Shown here: positions 48,871 to 52,275 of the stretch, in pieces | How the letters are laid out: each line of letters starts with the position of its first letter | Numbering within the stretch: the first letter of the stretch is position 1 | Source of the DNA: Bacteroidota bacterium | Lineage (GTDB): Bacteria > Bacteroidota > Bacteroidia > Chitinophagales > JACZTA01 | NCBI GenBank assembly: GCA_022573915.1 | Contig: JACZTA010000001.1 | Coordinates: 1 to 52,275, forward strand | Length of the DNA stretch: 52,275 nucleotides | Direction of reading: 5' to 3' | Program-made: the position numbers and the translations under genes | Notes under the pieces: model-generated | Told to the model about the DNA's origin: nothing | Database searches by the model: none | Seen by the model: only the letters and a program-made list of their open reading frames with translations

Positions 48871-48901
48871 AAAGGGGTAGATAATTAAATCCACCCCTTT
48901 T
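48871..48901. terminator. Bidirectional intrinsic terminator between convergent genes
   Basis: AAAGGGGT-14 nt loop-ACCCCTTT, flanked by an A-run on one side and a T-run on the other. It lies 1 nt after the 48870 stop and 58 nt after the 48959 gene end. Confidence 0.65.
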
Positions 48902-48958
48902 AAGAAGTCTAAAATATTGTTAAAAGATTTTACTTTTAGCCTAGGTGCCGACTATCTT

Positions 48959-49345
48959 TTAACCTTCGCCTTCACCATCATCATCATCCATCACGCCACA
49001 TTCTTCACCACATACGTGGCCTTCTTCACCGTGTGCAAGATGATGCATACAATCTGTCGAACACATATGTTCGGACAACACTGCACCCTCAACTGGAGGG
49101 GGACAAGCATCATCGCATACATGGCCTTCTTCACCATGAGCATAATGGTGTGCACACAAGTCGCCGCAAGCATGCTCTACCATAGCTACTTCAGCTTCAA
49201 CCGCATCATCACCTGATACTTCGTCTACAGCTTCTTCAGTGGTAGCTTCATCGCCGCCAGCGTCATCATTAGATTCCGCTTCATTGTTACAAGCAAAGAA
49301 TGTAAAAACACCTAATGCTAATAAGAAAAATAAAATCCTTTTCAT
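48959..49345 (-). CDS. Acidic His/Cys-rich lipoprotein (putative metal-binding)
   Basis: Lipobox FTFFAC. The 25-aa module EHxCxxxCxHHxAHGEEGHVCxxxC occurs twice. The C-terminal tail is poly-acidic. Confidence 0.7.
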   Translation of the reverse strand: MKRILFFLLALGVFTFFACNNEAESNDDAGGDEATTEEAVDEVSGDDAVEAEVAMVEHACGDLCAHHYAHGEEGHVCDDACPPPVEGAVLSEHMCSTDCMHHLAHGEEGHVCGEECGVMDDDDGEGEG

Positions 49346-49626
49346 TTTATTATGTATTTAGTTGTGAATTAATGTAAGTGATTGCAAAAATATATTATTT
49401 TTTACTATTCCCAAAATTAGAATTTTATATCATATCTGAGAATTATTACATAAAACAACCCCTAATCTCAAAGTTCAGATCAAAACGAATAATTCAATTT
49501 GAGAGAAAATACCTAATTTTGCAATAACGTGGACAATAAACTACGTTATAATTAAATTCAACTTAATCTAAGTTATTAAGCAACCCAAAGGAATAAAAGT
49601 TCTTATTTCTCAATTTAAATTGACGT

Positions 49627-50247
49627 ATGATGATAAACAGAATGTTCAAAATGGAAAGATTGTTATTCGGAGCAATGATGGTTACGATTTTATTGATCGC
49701 AGCGTGCAAATCCGAAAATGGAGAGGAAGATGCAGGCAACGATGAACCCGAGGAGGCCCAGGTATCAGAGTTAAATGTTCCGGACGAAGTACCGATTCCG
49801 CCCAGCGCAGATAATGCTTGGCAAGAAACAGAAAATCCATCCGTACCAAATAGCGATGCATTCCACGTGGATTTCGATACTGTCAGGGTTGAATTGTTTT
49901 TTAATGTTAATGACCTGGCCAAAGAAATTACAGCTTATATCCAGGGGGAGGCTTCCTTGAATGGAGGTTACTATCGTATAAAAGATGGCTTCACGAATAC
50001 AGACATCGATTTAAAGTTGATAAAAGTACGCGCGGATGAAATAAAATCCATCAATCCAACTTATCATTATTTATGCGCAGATATGGTAGATCGGAACGGA
50101 GTAAAATATGATGTTGATATTTGGATGAATGGTGTGCGGAAAGGAACGATGGATCCGAAAGCCGCTATAGTTCATAAGGTAGACGGCAAGCCCAATATCG
50201 AATACACGATCGTAAGTGGATTTTGGCGACCTAGCAAAGTCGAATAA
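49627..50247 (+). CDS. Hypothetical lipoprotein
   Basis: Signal/lipobox ...VTILLIAAC followed by an acidic linker. No recognisable domain. Confidence 0.55.
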   Translation: MMINRMFKMERLLFGAMMVTILLIAACKSENGEEDAGNDEPEEAQVSELNVPDEVPIPPSADNAWQETENPSVPNSDAFHVDFDTVRVELFFNVNDLAKEITAYIQGEASLNGGYYRIKDGFTNTDIDLKLIKVRADEIKSINPTYHYLCADMVDRNGVKYDVDIWMNGVRKGTMDPKAAIVHKVDGKPNIEYTIVSGFWRPSKVE

Positions 50248-50263
50248 CTAGCCGGTAACCGAC

Positions 50264-51571
50264 TTATTTCTTTCGAAATACCAAAGCAATAGGAACACCT
50301 TCGAGATCGAAGTGTTTTCTCAACTTGTTTTCCAGAAACCTTTTGTAAGAAGTGCGTAGGTACTGTGGCAGGTTACAGAAAAATACAAATGTGGGTGTAT
50401 GTGTTTTTAACTGAGTGATATACTTGATTTTAACAAACTTGCCTTTAACAGAGGGTGGTGGAGTATGGTTAATCTCACCAAGCATTACATCATTCAGTTT
50501 TGAGGTAGAGATCCTGGTTTTTCTTCTTTCATAAACCTCAAGTGCAATCTCAACCGCCTTAAAAACTCTCTGCTTCTCAGTTGCTGATATAAACAGTATG
50601 GGGAGATCAACAAAAGGCTCAAGCTGACTCCTGTATTTTTTCTCGTACTCCTTAGCAGAGTTCGTTTCTTTGTCCACAAGGTCCCATTTGTTTGCCAGAA
50701 GAACCAGTCCTTTTTTCGCGGAAATAATTTTCCGTACTATCTCAAGGTCCGGAGATTCTATTCCTACGACGGCGTCAATTAAAAGAAAACAAACATCGGA
50801 ATCATCAATTGCCTTGATGGCTCTTATGATAGAATAAAATTCAATATTCTCTTTTACACTTGCCTTCTTTCTAATACCTGCGGTATCTATTAGTACAAAT
50901 TCTTTTCCGAAATGATTATAATGTGTATGAATTGCATCGCGGGTAGTGCCTGCAATCTCAGTCACGATATTTCGCTCATAACCCACTAATGTGTTCAAGA
51001 ATGAAGATTTACCCACGTTAGGTCTTCCCACAATGGTAAATTTTGGAAGATGATCATATTGGCTCGACTCTGCTTCAGGCAACATTTTGGTAAGTCTATC
51101 CAATAGTTCTCCTGTACCGCTGCCACTGATTGCTGCAATTGGGAGCAATTCTTCACCAATTCCAAATTTGTAAAATTCATTGGCCTCCAATAGCCTGCTG
51201 TGATTATCAACCTTGTTAACTACCATCAACGTCGGTTTATTGGTCTTTCGCAGAAACCTGCTAAGTTTATCGTCGAGGTCGGTGATGCCAGTCGATACAT
51301 CTACCATGAAGAGAATTAGCGTTGCTTCTTCTGCTGCGATCTTTACTTGCTTGAGTATTTCTTTCTCAAAAACGTCATCTGAGTTGGGTACGAATCCTCC
51401 TGTATCGATAATGGTAAACTCTTTTCCATTCCATTCTACCGTACCATACAACCGGTCACGGGTTATCCCACTTTGATTATCAACGATCGCTTTTTTTTCC
51501 TCTATCAGACGGTTAAACAAAGTAGATTTTCCTACATTGGGTCTTCCAATTATTGCTACAATATTGGCCAT
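50264..51571 (-). CDS. der: Ribosome-biogenesis GTPase Der (EngA)
   Basis: Two tandem G domains (GRPNVGKSTLFNRL...NKVD and GRPNVGKSSFLNTL...NKWD) plus a KH-like C-terminus. Confidence 0.95.
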   Translation of the reverse strand: MANIVAIIGRPNVGKSTLFNRLIEEKKAIVDNQSGITRDRLYGTVEWNGKEFTIIDTGGFVPNSDDVFEKEILKQVKIAAEEATLILFMVDVSTGITDLDDKLSRFLRKTNKPTLMVVNKVDNHSRLLEANEFYKFGIGEELLPIAAISGSGTGELLDRLTKMLPEAESSQYDHLPKFTIVGRPNVGKSSFLNTLVGYERNIVTEIAGTTRDAIHTHYNHFGKEFVLIDTAGIRKKASVKENIEFYSIIRAIKAIDDSDVCFLLIDAVVGIESPDLEIVRKIISAKKGLVLLANKWDLVDKETNSAKEYEKKYRSQLEPFVDLPILFISATEKQRVFKAVEIALEVYERRKTRISTSKLNDVMLGEINHTPPPSVKGKFVKIKYITQLKTHTPTFVFFCNLPQYLRTSYKRFLENKLRKHFDLEGVPIALVFRKK

Positions 51572-51580
51572 AATTCTATG

Positions 51581-52275
51581 TTAGTATCCAAATGATTTTA
51601 GTTGTGAAGGATTATTTCTCCAGTTTTCTTTTACTTTGACAAATAACTCTAAAAAAACTTTCTGACCGAGAAACATTTCAATATCCAATCTTGCCCGTGT
51701 ACCTATTTTTTTCAGTGCGCTGCCTTGTTTGCCAATGAGAATGGGCTTTTGTGATTTCCGTTCCACATAAATTTCTGCTCTTATCCTGGTGATGTTTTTT
51801 TCTTCTTTAAAAGTATCCACTACCACCTCGGTAGCGTACGGGATTTCTTCGCGAAAGTTTACAAAGATCTTTTCCCTGATGATCTCTGCAATGAAATATT
51901 TTTCAGGTCTATCCGTGAGCTGATCCTTTGGAAAATAAGGTTCACTCTCGGGCAGGGACTCAATGATCATTCCAAACAGAATCTCCAGGTTTATGCCTTT
52001 TAAGGCGGATATCGGAATGACTCTCGGTTGTTCCTCTATCTCTTTAAATGAAAATTCAATTTGCTTCTTCCATTTTCTTACTAAATCATCTACCGTATCG
52101 TTTTTTACTAAATCTAATTTATTAAGTACAAAAATAAATGGGGTGTTGCTGCCAATGGCTTTGGAGTAAACGGATTTGAAGTACGTATCTTCAAAATATT
52201 TTCGAGGGTCTTGTGTGATATCAAGCTTTGGTAAGAATATATCGGCATCTTGCAAAGAGCCTGAGACGTCATCCA
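51581..52275 (-). CDS. era: GTPase Era (N-terminus lies outside the window)
   Basis: The frame stays open to the window edge. It shows the VLNKLDL (NKxD) motif and a C-terminal KH domain (ITRIRAEIYVERKSQKPILIGKQGSALKKIG). It lies immediately upstream of der. Confidence 0.9.
   Translation of the reverse strand, partial: DDVSGSLQDADIFLPKLDITQDPRKYFEDTYFKSVYSKAIGSNTPFIFVLNKLDLVKNDTVDDLVRKWKKQIEFSFKEIEEQPRVIPISALKGINLEILFGMIIESLPESEPYFPKDQLTDRPEKYFIAEIIREKIFVNFREEIPYATEVVVDTFKEEKNITRIRAEIYVERKSQKPILIGKQGSALKKIGTRARLDIEMFLGQKVFLELFVKVKENWRNNPSQLKSFGY

Overview
This 52.3-kb window looks like a Bacteroidota chromosome. Supporting signs are a T9SS C-terminal sorting domain, a TonB-dependent receptor with a CarboxypepD_reg N-terminus, TAnnTTTG-type -7 boxes, and tightly packed genes with ATGA/GTGA overlaps. 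No rRNA, tRNA, CRISPR array, integrase or transposase was found.

Positions ~1-40.7 kb form a large composite Wzx/Wzy-type surface-polysaccharide locus. It encodes a heparinase II/III-like protein, an AsnB-type amidotransferase, two sulfotransferases and an AlgD-like GDP-mannose 6-dehydrogenase. It also has GT4 and GT2 transferases and two initiating phosphoglycosyl transferases (WbaP-like and PglC-like). Two Gfo/Idh/MocA oxidoreductases sit with a hexapeptide acetyltransferase, and there is a DegT aminotransferase with a CapD/PglF dehydratase. A NeuB-like synthase, a KdsC-type phosphatase and a cytidylyltransferase form a nonulosonic-acid module. One Wzx, two Wzy/O-antigen-ligase-family proteins and a short Wzz-like protein complete the set.

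At ~16.3-23.4 kb the locus is interrupted by a block of non-glycan genes. These include an XRE regulator with a membrane partner, DoxX, a methyltransferase, and a three-gene operon led by a 442-aa protein with a PD-(D/E)xK nuclease signature. That operon is my best candidate for an undescribed defence or toxin-like module. The right edge of the block carries a diverged ~370-bp duplication of the 5' end of the downstream methyltransferase gene, including a small ORF kept open in both copies. Next to it is a G+C-rich structured element whose core motif recurs at two other intergenic boundaries.

Several intergenic spacers consist of unusual short tandem repeats. The clearest is 24 exact-length copies of an octamer RCCATGYA next to a 14-mer array, upstream of the WbaP-like gene.

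Positions 41-52 kb are mostly housekeeping: a T9SS cargo protein with YD-like repeats, a TonB receptor/MurK-like kinase/MurQ operon, an S41 protease, a His/Cys-rich lipoprotein, Der, and a partial Era. All functional calls come from motif recognition by eye; no database search was possible.
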